64,000 bases of DNA from Nitrospirota bacterium (GCA_963721805.1 CAVRJY010000001.1:1408001-1472000), one strand, 5' to 3'; shown: positions 32,685-42,996, numbered from the stretch's first letter. The notes: generated by a model from the sequence alone, not told the origin. Program-made: numbers and translations.

Positions 32685-33114
32685 GGACGTCCCGCAGATA
32701 CACAAGATAGTCAACGAGTTCGCCAGCGCCAACTCGATGCTCCCGCGTTCCCTCAACGACCTTTACGACAACATCAGGGACATGTTCGTGGCCGAGGACC
32801 GGGGCGCGCTCATCGCGGTTTGCGGCATGCACGTGCTCTGGGATGACCTCGCCGAGGTCCGCTCGCTCGCGGTAAAGAAAAACCGCCAGGGCGAGGGCAT
32901 AGGCAAGACGCTCGTGCGCCGCGCCCTCAAGGACGCGAAGACCCTGGGCATCAAGCGCGTCTTCGCCCTTACGTACGTGCCCGGATATTTCAGCTCCACG
33001 TTCGGTTTCAGGGTCATCGAGAAGTCCGAGCTGCCGCACAAGATATGGGGCGAGTGCCTGCACTGCCCGAAGTTCCCGGACTGCGACGAGGTCGCGGTCA
33101 TCAAGGAAATATAA
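32656..33114 (+). CDS. argA: Short GNAT N-acetyltransferase (ArgA-like amino-acid acetyltransferase)
   Basis: MLPRSL, LAEVRSLAV, LPHKIWGEC..C.KFP.CDE. Confidence 0.8.
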   Translation: MVKIRKALVKDVPQIHKIVNEFASANSMLPRSLNDLYDNIRDMFVAEDRGALIAVCGMHVLWDDLAEVRSLAVKKNRQGEGIGKTLVRRALKDAKTLGIKRVFALTYVPGYFSSTFGFRVIEKSELPHKIWGECLHCPKFPDCDEVAVIKEI

Positions 33115-33770
33115 TGCTCAAGCTCGGGTTTCTGGCATCGGGCAGGGGCTCGAACTTCCAGTCGATTGTCGATGCGTGCAAGGCCGGGAGGATCGAGGCC
33201 AGCCCCGCGCTGCTCATATCTGACGTGTCAGACGCTTATGCGCTTGACAGGGCCGAGCGCCAAGGCATACCCCATAAGTTCATCGACCCCAAAGGCTTCG
33301 GCACCCCGGACGAATACTTCGCCCTCATAGCCTCGGAGATGAAGGCGGCGGACGTGGGGCTCGTGGTGCTCGCGGGGTTCATGCGCATCGTGCGCAGGCC
33401 GCTGCTCGACGCGTTCCCGATGCGGGTGATGAACATCCACCCCGCGCTGCTGCCCTCGTTTGCCGGGCTGCACGGGCAGGCCCAGGCAGCGGATTACGGG
33501 GTGCGCATAGCGGGCTGCACGGTGCATTTCGTGGACGAGGGCATGGACACCGGGCCGGTCATCATACAGGCGGCGGTCCCTGCGCTTCCGGGCGATACCG
33601 AAGATTCGCTTGGCGCACGAATCCTCAGGGCCGAGCACAGGATATTCCCGGAGGCCATCCGGCTGTTCGCGGCCGGGAGGCTGCAAGTGCGGGGGCGCAA
33701 GGTGATGGTAGAGGGCTATGACGCGGCCCGCGAGGACGCGGTGCTCTACAGCCCGCCGCTTGGAAGTTGA
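33114..33770 (+). CDS. purN: Phosphoribosylglycinamide formyltransferase
   Basis: SGRGSNF, LAGFMRI, NIHPALLP, GCTVHFVD..D.GP. Confidence 0.96.
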   Translation: MLKLGFLASGRGSNFQSIVDACKAGRIEASPALLISDVSDAYALDRAERQGIPHKFIDPKGFGTPDEYFALIASEMKAADVGLVVLAGFMRIVRRPLLDAFPMRVMNIHPALLPSFAGLHGQAQAADYGVRIAGCTVHFVDEGMDTGPVIIQAAVPALPGDTEDSLGARILRAEHRIFPEAIRLFAAGRLQVRGRKVMVEGYDAAREDAVLYSPPLGS

Positions 33771-33818
33771 GCTTGCGCGCGGTTTCCGTTAAGATAGACA
33801 ACTAGGAGGGCACGAGCG

Positions 33819-34340
33819 ATGGTAACCACAAAACCGTTTTTGGCAACGGCTCAGATACAGGCCAAGGTCAAGGAGCTGGGGGCCAGGATATCGGCCGACT
33901 ATGAGGGGAAAAACCTCCTCGTGGTCCCGATCCTGAAAGGCGCATTCATGTTCGCCTCCGACCTGGTGCGGGCGATATCCATACCGCTTTCGGTGGACTT
34001 CGTGATGGCCTCGAGCTATGAGCACACGGACTCCACGGGCGAGGTCAAGCTGCACTGCGACCTCAGAGACAGCATCAAGGGGCGGGACGTCCTGCTCGTC
34101 GAGGACATCGTGGATACCGGCCTGACGCTCAACTACATCAGGGAGACCTTCATGCAGCGCGAGCCCGCGAGCATAAAGATATGCGGCCTGCTGAACAAGC
34201 AGGAGCGCCGGGTCATGGACATCAAGATCGATTACGCGGGCTTCGAGATACCTAATCTTTTCGTGGTCGGCTACGGGCTGGACTATGAAAACAGGTACCG
34301 CAACCTGCCCTACATTGCTATATTCAAGAAATCGACATAA
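33819..34340 (+). CDS. hpt: Hypoxanthine phosphoribosyltransferase
   Basis: LKGAFMF..DL, VEDIVDTGLTL, FVVGYGLDY...RNLP. Confidence 0.96.
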   Translation: MVTTKPFLATAQIQAKVKELGARISADYEGKNLLVVPILKGAFMFASDLVRAISIPLSVDFVMASSYEHTDSTGEVKLHCDLRDSIKGRDVLLVEDIVDTGLTLNYIRETFMQREPASIKICGLLNKQERRVMDIKIDYAGFEIPNLFVVGYGLDYENRYRNLPYIAIFKKST

Positions 34341-34358
34341 CACAAGGAGCATGAAAGA

Positions 34359-34730
34359 GTGTACGAGCTTACCATAGAGACTACGTTCGCGGCGGCCCAT
34401 CAGCTCAGGGGCTACGACGGCAAGTGCGAGAACCTCCACGGACACAACTGGAAAGTTCAGGTGCACGTGATCGCCGAATCGCTCAACGACATAGACATCG
34501 CCATAGATTTCCATGACTTAAAACGCATGGCCAACGAGATCGTCGCACCCCTGGACCATTCGTTCCTGAACGACAAGTTTCCGTTTACTGAGAAGAACCC
34601 CTCATCGGAGAACATCGCCCGCTTCGTATACGACGGGATGAAGAAAAAGGTCAACGACGAATACGTGAGGCTCACGGCCGTGACGGTCTGGGAGTCCGAA
34701 AACGCATCCGCGACCTACTATGAGGACTGA
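34359..34730 (+). CDS. queD: 6-carboxytetrahydropterin synthase
   Basis: FAAAH, CENLHGHNW, LDH..LN, SENIA, VWES. Confidence 0.94.
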   Translation: MYELTIETTFAAAHQLRGYDGKCENLHGHNWKVQVHVIAESLNDIDIAIDFHDLKRMANEIVAPLDHSFLNDKFPFTEKNPSSENIARFVYDGMKKKVNDEYVRLTAVTVWESENASATYYED

Positions 34731-36048
34731 CGAGGCCCTGGCCGGGGCCGCCCTGCGCCTCGCAAAGGCGGGCGGGGCCTCTGACGCCGAGGTATACCAG
34801 CGCGCCACACGGACGCTCTCGGCCGACGCACGGAGGGCCTCGATGGAGGCCATCGAAAGCTCGCTCACGTTCGGCTACTGCCTCCGCGTCATAAAGGACG
34901 GCCGTGCCGGGTTCTCATATTCCAACAACCCCTCGGACATGGAAAGCGTGGTCAACGACGCCCTCGTCTCGGCAGGGTACACCGAGCCGGACGAGCACCT
35001 AAACATTATAGATCCCGAGCCGCCGGTAACCGGGCTTGCCACATACGACCCGGACGTCGAGGCGATGACCTCCGAGCACGCGCTGGAGCTCGCGTGCCGC
35101 ACAGAGGCCGCATGCATGGGGGCCGACCCCCGCATGACGAAGATACGCAAGGCCTCGGCCTCGTTCTCGTCATCCGAGACGCGCATAGCGAACTCCAGAG
35201 GCCTGACGGTCTCTTACCGCGCGACCGCTGCGAGCGCATCTATCATGGCCGTGGCGGAGGAGGCAGGGGAGGGGCAGGTGGGCTGGGAATACGCGCTCTC
35301 AAGGCGGCTTTCGGAGGTAGACTTCGGTGCGGTCGGGAGGGACGCGGCCAAGCGCGCGCTTGAGCTTCTGGGCGCGCGGAGGATGACCGCGTGCAAAGCT
35401 CCGGTATTGCTCGACCGCTCGGTTGCGGTGGATTTCCTCGGCGTCTTCGCCTCGATGCTATCGTCCGAGGCGGTGCAGAAGGGAAAGTCGCTGCTTAAGG
35501 GCAGGCTCGGCCAGCGCGTGGCAAGCCGGTCCATCAATATAGTCGACGACGCGCTCCTGGCCTCGTCACCCGGCTTGAGGCCGTTCGACGACGAAGGGGC
35601 GCCCGCGAGGGCAACCGTGCTCGTACGCGAGGGCGTGCTAGAGGGATATATGTATAACGCGCATACCGCAGCGAAGGAAGGCCGGCGCACGACCGGCAAC
35701 GCCGTAAGGGGAGGCTACATGTCGCCCCCGAGCGTAGGGCCCCTCAGCCTTTACATCGAGCCCTCATCCGCGGCCTCAGACCTTTTCGGAGAAATGGGCA
35801 CCGGCCTATACGTCACGGACGTGATGGGCATGCACACGGCCGACGCGATCTCGGGAGACTTCTCGGTAGGCGCATCCGGGCTGTGGATAGAGGGGGGCAG
35901 GGCGGCCTATCCGGTGAAGGAGGCCGTGATCTCGGGCAACATGCTCGGGTTTTTCAGCGGGGCCCTCGCGCTTGGGGACGACCTGAGGTTTTACGGACGG
36001 ATGGGTTCGCCCTCGATACTGTTCGGCCAGACGGACATCAGCGCATAG
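34720..36048 (+). CDS. pmbA: TldD/PmbA family protein (PmbA/TldE-like)
   Basis: FDDEG, TGNA.R, ISGDFS, ISGN; no HExxH. Confidence 0.88.
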   Translation: MRTDEALAGAALRLAKAGGASDAEVYQRATRTLSADARRASMEAIESSLTFGYCLRVIKDGRAGFSYSNNPSDMESVVNDALVSAGYTEPDEHLNIIDPEPPVTGLATYDPDVEAMTSEHALELACRTEAACMGADPRMTKIRKASASFSSSETRIANSRGLTVSYRATAASASIMAVAEEAGEGQVGWEYALSRRLSEVDFGAVGRDAAKRALELLGARRMTACKAPVLLDRSVAVDFLGVFASMLSSEAVQKGKSLLKGRLGQRVASRSINIVDDALLASSPGLRPFDDEGAPARATVLVREGVLEGYMYNAHTAAKEGRRTTGNAVRGGYMSPPSVGPLSLYIEPSSAASDLFGEMGTGLYVTDVMGMHTADAISGDFSVGASGLWIEGGRAAYPVKEAVISGNMLGFFSGALALGDDLRFYGRMGSPSILFGQTDISA

Positions 36049-37386
36049 ATGAAAAAAGTCTTCATCATAGACGACGAGCCGGAGATCCTCGCATCCCTTG
36101 GGATGATCTTCACCGTGGCGGGCATGGAGGCCGTGACCGCGTCTTCGGGCCGCGAGGCCATGGAGAAGTTCTCGGTCGAGCCGGTGCCTGTCGTCATATG
36201 CGACAACGCCCTCCCGGACGTCCGGGGGCTCGAGCTCCTGGGCGAGCTCCGGGGCATACTCCCGGACGTCCAGATGATCATGTTCACCGGCAAGGGCACG
36301 ATAGACATCGCGGTGGCCGCCATGAAGGCCGGGATGTACGACTTCGTGACCAAGCCCGTCGAGCCGGAACATTTAATCCACCTCGCGCGCAAGGCCCACG
36401 AGCTCTATGACGCGCTCTCCGCCAACAGGGCCCTGCGGGCCGAGGTAATGACCGTCTCGGACGAGGACTACGTCGGCAGGTCAGCCGCTGTGCACAAGCT
36501 AAAGCGCATGGTCCACGCCGTGGCCCCCACCGACAGCACCGTGCTCATCCAGGGCGAAAGCGGCACCGGCAAGGAGCTGGTCGCCCGGATGATACACAAG
36601 TACAGCGAACGCAGGCGCGGCCCGTTTATCGCCGTCGACTGCGGCGCGATCCCGGAGGGGCTCGTCGAGAGCGAGCTGTTCGGACACGAAAAGGGGGCCT
36701 TCACCGGCGCCCACGGCATGAAAGAGGGTAAGTTCGAGCGCGCGAGCCATGGGACGCTGTTCCTCGACGAGATATCCAACCTGCCGCTGGCCGCTCAGGC
36801 CAAGCTCCTGCGCGCCTTGCAGGAGCGCGTGATCGAACGCGTAGGCGGCACCAGGAGCGTACCGGTCGATATCAGGCTTATAGCCGCGACAAACTCCGAC
36901 CTGCAGGACGGGGTCGCTTCAAAGAATTTCAGGGAGGACCTTTACTACCGCCTCAATATAGTCAAGCTCAGGCTCCCGCCCCTGAGGGAGCGCAAGAGCG
37001 ACATCATGATGCTCGCGAACCATTTTATAGAGAAGCACCGCGAGAGGGCGCGCTCCGAGGTGCGCGGCATATCCAAGGAGGCGCTGAGGGCGCTGATGGA
37101 GTATTCGTGGCCCGGCAACGTCCGGGAGCTCGAAAACGCGGTCGAGCACGCGATGATAGTCGCAACGACGCCCGAGATCATGCCCCACGACCTGCCCATG
37201 GCCGCGGAGGCCGCGCCCGGCGCGCCTCTGCGCGAGGAGGCCTCCGGAAGCATAAAGGACGCCGAAAAAAAGATGCTGGTCGAGGCCCTGATGCAGCACG
37301 GAGGCAACAAGATACAGACCGCCAGGGCGCTGGGCATACAGAGGTCAAGCCTCTATAGCAAGCTCCGAAAGCACGGGCTGATATAG
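36049..37386 (+). CDS. Sigma54-dependent response regulator (NtrC family)
   Basis: Receiver domain, [14 protein letters not shown], Fis-type HTH. Confidence 0.95.
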   Translation: MKKVFIIDDEPEILASLGMIFTVAGMEAVTASSGREAMEKFSVEPVPVVICDNALPDVRGLELLGELRGILPDVQMIMFTGKGTIDIAVAAMKAGMYDFVTKPVEPEHLIHLARKAHELYDALSANRALRAEVMTVSDEDYVGRSAAVHKLKRMVHAVAPTDSTVLIQGESGTGKELVARMIHKYSERRRGPFIAVDCGAIPEGLVESELFGHEKGAFTGAHGMKEGKFERASHGTLFLDEISNLPLAAQAKLLRALQERVIERVGGTRSVPVDIRLIAATNSDLQDGVASKNFREDLYYRLNIVKLRLPPLRERKSDIMMLANHFIEKHRERARSEVRGISKEALRALMEYSWPGNVRELENAVEHAMIVATTPEIMPHDLPMAAEAAPGAPLREEASGSIKDAEKKMLVEALMQHGGNKIQTARALGIQRSSLYSKLRKHGLI

Positions 37387-37389
37387 GAT

Positions 37390-38070
37390 ATGCGCGCGCG
37401 CGAAAGCGAGATAACTTACCGGCCCTCCGAGCACCGTGACAAGTACGAGGCCATCGCCCGCATATCTTCCCTCCTCGCCCACAAGATAAACAACCCCCTT
37501 ACCGTCATGACCAACTACCTGTTCCTGCTGAAGCAGTCCTCGCAAGGCGATAATAATGCCCTGGGCATGCTAGGCAACATAGAGGAGGGCGTACACCGCA
37601 CGCGCGACATAATGCACGAATTCGTCGACGCCTCGAGGCCGTGCACCGGGCGCAGGGAGAAGATTCCCATAGATGACCTGATCAGCGAGGCGATCAGTTG
37701 CCTCCGGGCCGGGATCGGGGGGGTCGCGTTCAGCCTCGAACTGCCCGAGGGTCAGCGGATCAGAGCCGAGCGCGAAGGGCTCGTCTCGGCGCTCTCGATC
37801 ATAATTACAAACGCCGTAGAATCCGGCACGGGGAAGGTCATAATCTCATCCGAACAGGACCAGCGGCGCAGCGTTATAAGGGTCAGGGATTTCGGCCGGG
37901 GCATACCTCCTGAGAACATCAGCCATGTCTTCGAGCCTTTTTTCACCACGCTCGAAGCCCACCTTGGCCTCGGCCTTTACAGGGCATACCATATAGTGCA
38001 GTCACTCGGCGGGTCCATATGGTGCAGGTCCTGGGATTCGGGCTCTGAGTTCGTCATCGAGCTCCTATAG
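37390..38070 (+). CDS. Sensor-less cytoplasmic histidine kinase
   Basis: H-box LAHKINNPL, N-box NAVE, DFGRGI, FEPFFTT, GLGL. Confidence 0.85.
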   Translation: MRARESEITYRPSEHRDKYEAIARISSLLAHKINNPLTVMTNYLFLLKQSSQGDNNALGMLGNIEEGVHRTRDIMHEFVDASRPCTGRREKIPIDDLISEAISCLRAGIGGVAFSLELPEGQRIRAEREGLVSALSIIITNAVESGTGKVIISSEQDQRRSVIRVRDFGRGIPPENISHVFEPFFTTLEAHLGLGLYRAYHIVQSLGGSIWCRSWDSGSEFVIELL

Positions 38071-38188
38071 AATCAAATCTCAGGGAAAACTCCGCCTGTC
38101 CACCTCTGTCTGTCCATAAAACGCACAACTGTACAATTAGTGGTCGCCACTGATCTCATGAATCCCTTGATTAATATGGCATTAGACT

Positions 38189-38204
38189 TGGCAGGCGAAT
38201 TGCA
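38189..38204 (+). promoter_or_regulatory. Sigma54 (-24/-12) promoter
   Basis: TGGCAG-GCGAA-TTGCA, directly downstream of an NtrC-family gene pair. Confidence 0.75.
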
Positions 38205-38216
38205 TTATCAAGGTTA

Positions 38217-38603
38217 GTGAAAAAGATACTGGTAGTAGATGACGAACGGGAAGTCAGGGAATCACTGGAGCGCGTGCTTGTGACGGCGGGTTACGAGGTC
38301 AAGACCCTGGCGTCAGCGCGCGAGGCTCTGAGCTACATTAAAGATAACCCTGTGGGGCTGCTTCTGGTAGACCTCTCAATGCCGGGCATGAGCGGAGAGG
38401 ATCTGCTAAAGCAGCTCCATAAAGAAGGAAACCTGCCCCCCTCGCTGGTTATAACTGCCATGGCGCCCTGGCAGACGCTGGGGGTAATAGAATACGGCAT
38501 CGGGTATATCAGGAAGCCAATAGACAACGACATTTTGTTCCCCATCATAGAGAGCATGATGCGAAAGGAGTCTAAGAATGAAGAAGTTTCGTGTGCTGGC
38601 TGA
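38217..38603 (+). CDS. Single-domain response regulator
   Basis: ILVVDDE, DLSMPGMSG, ITA, KP. Confidence 0.9.
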   Translation: MKKILVVDDEREVRESLERVLVTAGYEVKTLASAREALSYIKDNPVGLLLVDLSMPGMSGEDLLKQLHKEGNLPPSLVITAMAPWQTLGVIEYGIGYIRKPIDNDILFPIIESMMRKESKNEEVSCAG

Positions 38604-38862
38604 GATGATAATCCTACAGGCACTGGAAGACCTCACGCATCCCAGGCGCAGCGCAGAGGCCGTTGAGTTTTTCTCCGGCAACGATTTCATAAAGGTCGCG
38701 CGCGCGGCCGGCATGGACCAGGACCAGACGCTCAAGATGCTCGAGTACGTCTGCAAGGTATACCAGGACCTGAAATCGATAAAACAAAGGCATGATTCGC
38801 AAAAGGCAGACAGGGTCAGAACCTCCCCTCGGGCCCTGTCTGCTCCCTCCCTCGCATATTAG
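38578..38862 (+). CDS. Small hypothetical protein
   Basis: 94 aa, AAGGAG RBS, followed by a terminator. Confidence 0.7.
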   Translation: MKKFRVLAEMIILQALEDLTHPRRSAEAVEFFSGNDFIKVARAAGMDQDQTLKMLEYVCKVYQDLKSIKQRHDSQKADRVRTSPRALSAPSLAY

Positions 38863-38867
38863 GAAAC

Positions 38868-38909
38868 AGGGCGGATAGCATGGGCCAGGCGCCCGGCTAT
38901 CCGCCCTTT
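38868..38909 (+). terminator. Rho-independent terminator
   Basis: AGGGCGGATAGC...GCTATCCGCCCT stem plus T-run. Confidence 0.65.
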
Positions 38910-38948
38910 CCTTGATGTTTTCCGGTGTTGCTGATATGATACCCACTG

Positions 38949-40139
38949 ATGCCCGACCCATTATCTTTATTACGCAAAGACCGCCTCGTCCGCAAGGTAT
39001 TCTCGCTATCAGGCCCTGAGGAGATCTACCTGGTCGGCGGATACCTCCGAGACGTGCTCGCAAGCGGCAGGCGCTCAAACGACCTCGATTTCACGGTAAA
39101 GGCGGACTATCACGGCGTCGCGTGCGACGTCGCCGCGAAGATCAACGGGAAGGCCATCGCGCTCAAAAAAGAATCCCTGACCCGCGTGGTCACGGAGGGG
39201 CGGGAGATCCTGGACTTCACCCCCATGCAGGGCGGGAGCATCGAGGCTGACCTCCGGGCTCGCGACTTCAGGATGAACGCGGTCGCGTGGTCCCCCTCCA
39301 GCGGTCTCGTGGACGTCACCGGCGGCGCCGACGATATCCGGTTAGGCCGGATCTCAGCGATATCAAAGGAAAACCTGATCTCGGACCCCTTGCGGGTGCT
39401 CAGGGCATACAGGTTCCACTCGGAACTCGGGTGGGCAATCGTGCCCGCCACCCGCAGGATGCTCAAGGAGCTGGCACCGCTGCTGGCCCAACCGGCAAGT
39501 GAAAGAATCACCTTAGAGTTGATCAAGACCGCATGCTCGGCAGGCACCCTTAAGACGCTTAAAATCGCCCATAAGGATGGCGTCATAAGGGAGTTAATAT
39601 TCAATGGTAACAGCCAGTTAGACAATAACCTTAAACTGATTTCGAGAATTTACGAAAGACTTAGTGAGATTCCTCAACAGGACATTAATTTTATCTACCC
39701 TCAGGGGCTGACATATCCAGGATTACTCGTGATCGAGGCGCTCATGCTCGGCTCCACCGGGCACCGTCTGGCCCTGAGCCGGGAGGTCAGCGAAAGGCTT
39801 CGAACCGTGAGCACGATGTACCCGGAATATAGGGCGCTGGGAAGACGCCCGGAACCGGATCGGCTGTTTGAGCTGTTCAGGGGTGCGAGGGACACCGCGC
39901 TCGACCTATTGATACTTTCTGAAAACCAGGGGTTGATACCCGAGTTATTGAGGTATCGGAAAATTGACAAAAAACCGGTAATCAGCCCAGTTAGGATTAT
40001 GACGGCCACCGGACTTGAGCCCGACAGGGAGCTCGGAAGGGTGATCCTGGAGCTCAAGCTCCTTGAATTTAAAGGAGAAATCACCTCGTTGCGAGACGCG
40101 CTGCGATACCTCAAGCCGGTTTATCTCGATTTAACATAA
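38949..40139 (+). CDS. tRNA nucleotidyltransferase / poly(A) polymerase family (class II)
   Basis: VGGYLRD, DLDF, RDFRMNA, DPLRVLRAYRF, ERI..EL; CC-, A- or CCA-adding specificity cannot be determined here. Confidence 0.88.
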   Translation: MPDPLSLLRKDRLVRKVFSLSGPEEIYLVGGYLRDVLASGRRSNDLDFTVKADYHGVACDVAAKINGKAIALKKESLTRVVTEGREILDFTPMQGGSIEADLRARDFRMNAVAWSPSSGLVDVTGGADDIRLGRISAISKENLISDPLRVLRAYRFHSELGWAIVPATRRMLKELAPLLAQPASERITLELIKTACSAGTLKTLKIAHKDGVIRELIFNGNSQLDNNLKLISRIYERLSEIPQQDINFIYPQGLTYPGLLVIEALMLGSTGHRLALSREVSERLRTVSTMYPEYRALGRRPEPDRLFELFRGARDTALDLLILSENQGLIPELLRYRKIDKKPVISPVRIMTATGLEPDRELGRVILELKLLEFKGEITSLRDALRYLKPVYLDLT

Positions 40140-40156
40140 TATATCTTATCGGACAT
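40129..40156 (-). other. dif: dif-like XerC/XerD recombination site
   Basis: Minus strand ATGTCCGATAA-GATATA-TTATGTTAAAT: 11-6-11 layout, XerD arm identical to that of E. coli dif. Confidence 0.88.
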
Positions 40157-40285
40157 TGGCTGTAAACCGGTAATGTTAAGAATGTGTTAATCCGCGTGCC
40201 CAGCGCATACCCTTACTGGCCTATTCATTGGTCAGCCGCCCTGTACAATGATTATGCACAGCGTTATCTCTTATATATCACTAGG

Positions 40286-41518
40286 TTACGAGCTATTTAA
40301 GGGGTCTGCAACGAGCATTCCCCCATCGAGGCCGACAATCGCTGCCGTGACCACGCGGCCGCGGCAATAATCCCCGCCCGCAACCCGGACTTTCAAGTAA
40401 TTGTCCGATGTTCCGGTGGAGGCGCCGCGCCCGTCGGCTCTCTCTATAAGAATGGCAAGCGTTTGGCCGAGTTGCAACTTGCGATAACCCTGTTTCTTGG
40501 CATCAGATATCGCTCTGAGCTCGGAGGTCCTGCGGTTTCTCATTGCGCCGCCTACGGAATCCTTGATCTTAGCGGCATCTGTGCCGGCCCGTGGGGAGAA
40601 CGGAAAGACGTGCATATAGGTAAATGGCAAATCCTTCAACAGTTTCACGGTGTTACGGTGCATCTCCTCGTCCTCGGACGGGAACCCGGCTATCACGTCC
40701 GTCCCCAGCGCGATCGCGCCGAGCCTCCCGGTGACCCGCTCGACGGTCTGTCTGAACTGACGAGTGTCATACCGCCGCCGCATCTGGCGCAAGATTTCAT
40801 CGTCCCCGGCCTGAAGCGGGAGGTGCAGGTGCCTGCATATCCGGGGATCGGCTAGCAACTCAAGGAGCCGGTCGTCGATCTCCGTAACCTCTAGCGAGCT
40901 GAGTCTGAACCTTGCCCCGCTGGTGCCCTTGAGCAGCGTCTCGATCAGGTCGGCTAATTTCACTTTATAATCAAGCCCATACTGGCCGAGGTGGATGCCC
41001 GTGAGCACGATCTCCTCAAACCCGGCCTCTATTGCCCGCGATGCCTCGGCTACCACGGCCTCGAGCGCAACGCTCCTGGAGCGGCCCCTGGCGGCCGGGA
41101 TCACGCAGTAGCTGCATGAGTTGTTGCAGCCGTCCTGGACCTTGAGCGCATACCTGCTACGGTCGCCAATAGATAAAGTGTTACATTTATCATTATCGAT
41201 AAACTCAGCGATAGATAGCATTTTATCCTTATTGCTGACGATCCGCTCAACCCCGCCGATACGAAGGATCTCATCGGGGTTGAGCTCGGCGTAGCAGCCG
41301 GTCGCGATCACGCGACCGCCCGAGCGCGTGGCGCGCCTGATCAGCTGCCGGGACTGGTAATCCGCCTTGTTCGTGACGGTGCAGGTGTTGACGATGCAGA
41401 AGTCGGGGTGCTCGTGGATATCGACGATCTCGTGGCCCGAGGCAGAGAGTTCGGCACGCATGCGGCTCACCTCGGCCTGATTGACCTTGCATCCGAGGGT
41501 GAGGAGCGCGAACCTCAT
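40286..41518 (-). CDS. mtaB: tRNA t6A methylthiotransferase
   Basis: TLGCKVNQAE, NTCTVT, KVQDGCNNSCSYC, LTGIHLG, HVFPFSPR. Confidence 0.92.
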   Translation of the reverse strand: MRFALLTLGCKVNQAEVSRMRAELSASGHEIVDIHEHPDFCIVNTCTVTNKADYQSRQLIRRATRSGGRVIATGCYAELNPDEILRIGGVERIVSNKDKMLSIAEFIDNDKCNTLSIGDRSRYALKVQDGCNNSCSYCVIPAARGRSRSVALEAVVAEASRAIEAGFEEIVLTGIHLGQYGLDYKVKLADLIETLLKGTSGARFRLSSLEVTEIDDRLLELLADPRICRHLHLPLQAGDDEILRQMRRRYDTRQFRQTVERVTGRLGAIALGTDVIAGFPSEDEEMHRNTVKLLKDLPFTYMHVFPFSPRAGTDAAKIKDSVGGAMRNRRTSELRAISDAKKQGYRKLQLGQTLAILIERADGRGASTGTSDNYLKVRVAGGDYCRGRVVTAAIVGLDGGMLVADPLNSS

Positions 41519-41519
41519 C

Positions 41520-42820
41520 TCAGAGAGGCAACCTGCCGTCCAGGGAGTGACGCCTGGCGCGGACGATCTCGACGTGGACGGTCTGGTTGATAAGCGCGGG
41601 GTCGCCCGGGAGGTTGACGACCTTGTTGGTGCGGGTGCGGCCGGTAAGCATAGCGGGGTCGGTCTCGCTCGGGCCCTCGACGAGCACTTCGAGCACCGAG
41701 CCGACGAGCGGGATGTTAATCTCGAGCGTGATAGCATCCTGAAGCTCGAGTATCTCGCCCAGCCTCGCGGACGAGACCGCCTCGTCGAGCTGGCCATCCA
41801 TAGTGGCGGCCTTGGTGCCCGGCCGGGGTGAGTACTTGAATGCGAATATGCCGTCGTACCGGACCTCGCGGAGCATACGCACGGTGTCTTGGTGGTCCGC
41901 GTCCGTCTCGCCGGGGAACCCGGCTATGATGTCGGTCGTGAGGGCGATACTCGGCACCCTGGCCCGGAGTCGCCTGACCTTGTCGAGGTATGCCTCGGCG
42001 GTATACCCCCGGTTCATTAACCGCAGTATGCGGGTCGAGCCGGACTGCATCGGCAGGTGCAGGTGCTCGCAGAGCTTCGGAAGCTCGGCTATCGCGTCGA
42101 TGAGCGCATCCGAGAGGTCGCGGGGGTGAGAGGTTACGAACCTCACGCGCTCGATCCCCCCTACCCGGTCTATCGCCCTGAGCAGGGAAGGGAAGTCCAG
42201 GTCGCTCTTGTATGAGTTGACGTTCTGTCCGAGCAGCGTCACCTCTTTGCATCCGTCGCGACCCAGGGCCTCGATCTCGACGATGATGCTCCGCAGACGG
42301 GCGGCTGCGCTCGCGGCCGCGCGTGTATGGCACTATGCAGTAGCTAGCAGAAGTTGTTGCAGCCGTACATGATCGAGACCCATGCGCGCGCCCTATCCTT
42401 CCGGCTGACCGGAAGCTCCATCAGCGCGATCTCGGGATTGTCCTCGACCGCTATGCCGGTCGTGGCCGCAAGCAGCCCCGGCAGGGTATGGAGGTTCTGG
42501 GGGCCGATCACGTAGTCCACGACGCCCTCGACCGACTGAAACAGCTTGTCGCCCATCTGCTGGGCTATGCAGCCGGCGGCGACGACCTTGAGATCGGGGC
42601 GCTGCTTCTTGATGGCCTTGAGGCGGCCCAGTTCGCTCATGAACTTCTGTTCGGCCTTCTGGCGGATGGAGCAGGTATTGAAGACTATAATGTCGGCATC
42701 CTCGTATGAGCCGGTCTCGGTGTGGCCCTCGTTCATTAGCAACCCGGCCATCTTTTCGGAATCGTGGACGTTCATTTGGCAGCCGAAGGTATGGATGTGA
42801 AATCGTTTCCCGTTACTCAT
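41520..42820 (-). CDS. miaB: tRNA i6A methylthiotransferase, with two +1 insertions (about 42346 and 42291) in this sequence
   Basis: TFGCQMNVHDSE, CNNFC|SYC split by an extra base, LLGQNVNSY, TSHP, TRAM domain; possible sequencing errors. Confidence 0.88.
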
Positions 42821-42873
42821 AACCAGATATTATCTCAAATGGGGGCTGGGTATCGCAATTGAAGCCCTTTCTG

Positions 42874-42996
42874 AAAGCGCGCGAAACTCGCGTGATACGT
42901 TGTCACGGCTCGAAAGCCGCTCCCTCGGAGTACATCACGGTACACCTGCGGTCGGCTTTCTCGCCGTTCCTAGTCTGACACGATTTCTCGCGCTTT
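42874..42996. repeat. ~123-bp palindromic element (MITE/ERIC-like), copy 1
   Basis: Ends AAAGCGCGCGAAA...TTTCTCGCGCTTT, central GTAC-N6-GTAC; near-identical to the reverse complement of 48458-48579. Confidence 0.85.

Noticed and set aside
40252..40260. DnaA box (TTATGCACA) / oriC
   Set aside because: A single box only, no dnaA nearby, and it lies beside a dif-like site.
42285..42350. Programmed frameshift or stop readthrough in miaB (TAG inside the CxxxCxxC motif)
   Set aside because: Two separate single-base insertions explain it, there is no slippery site, and similar indels occur in trpD and the peptidase gene, pointing to read errors. Needs read-level confirmation.
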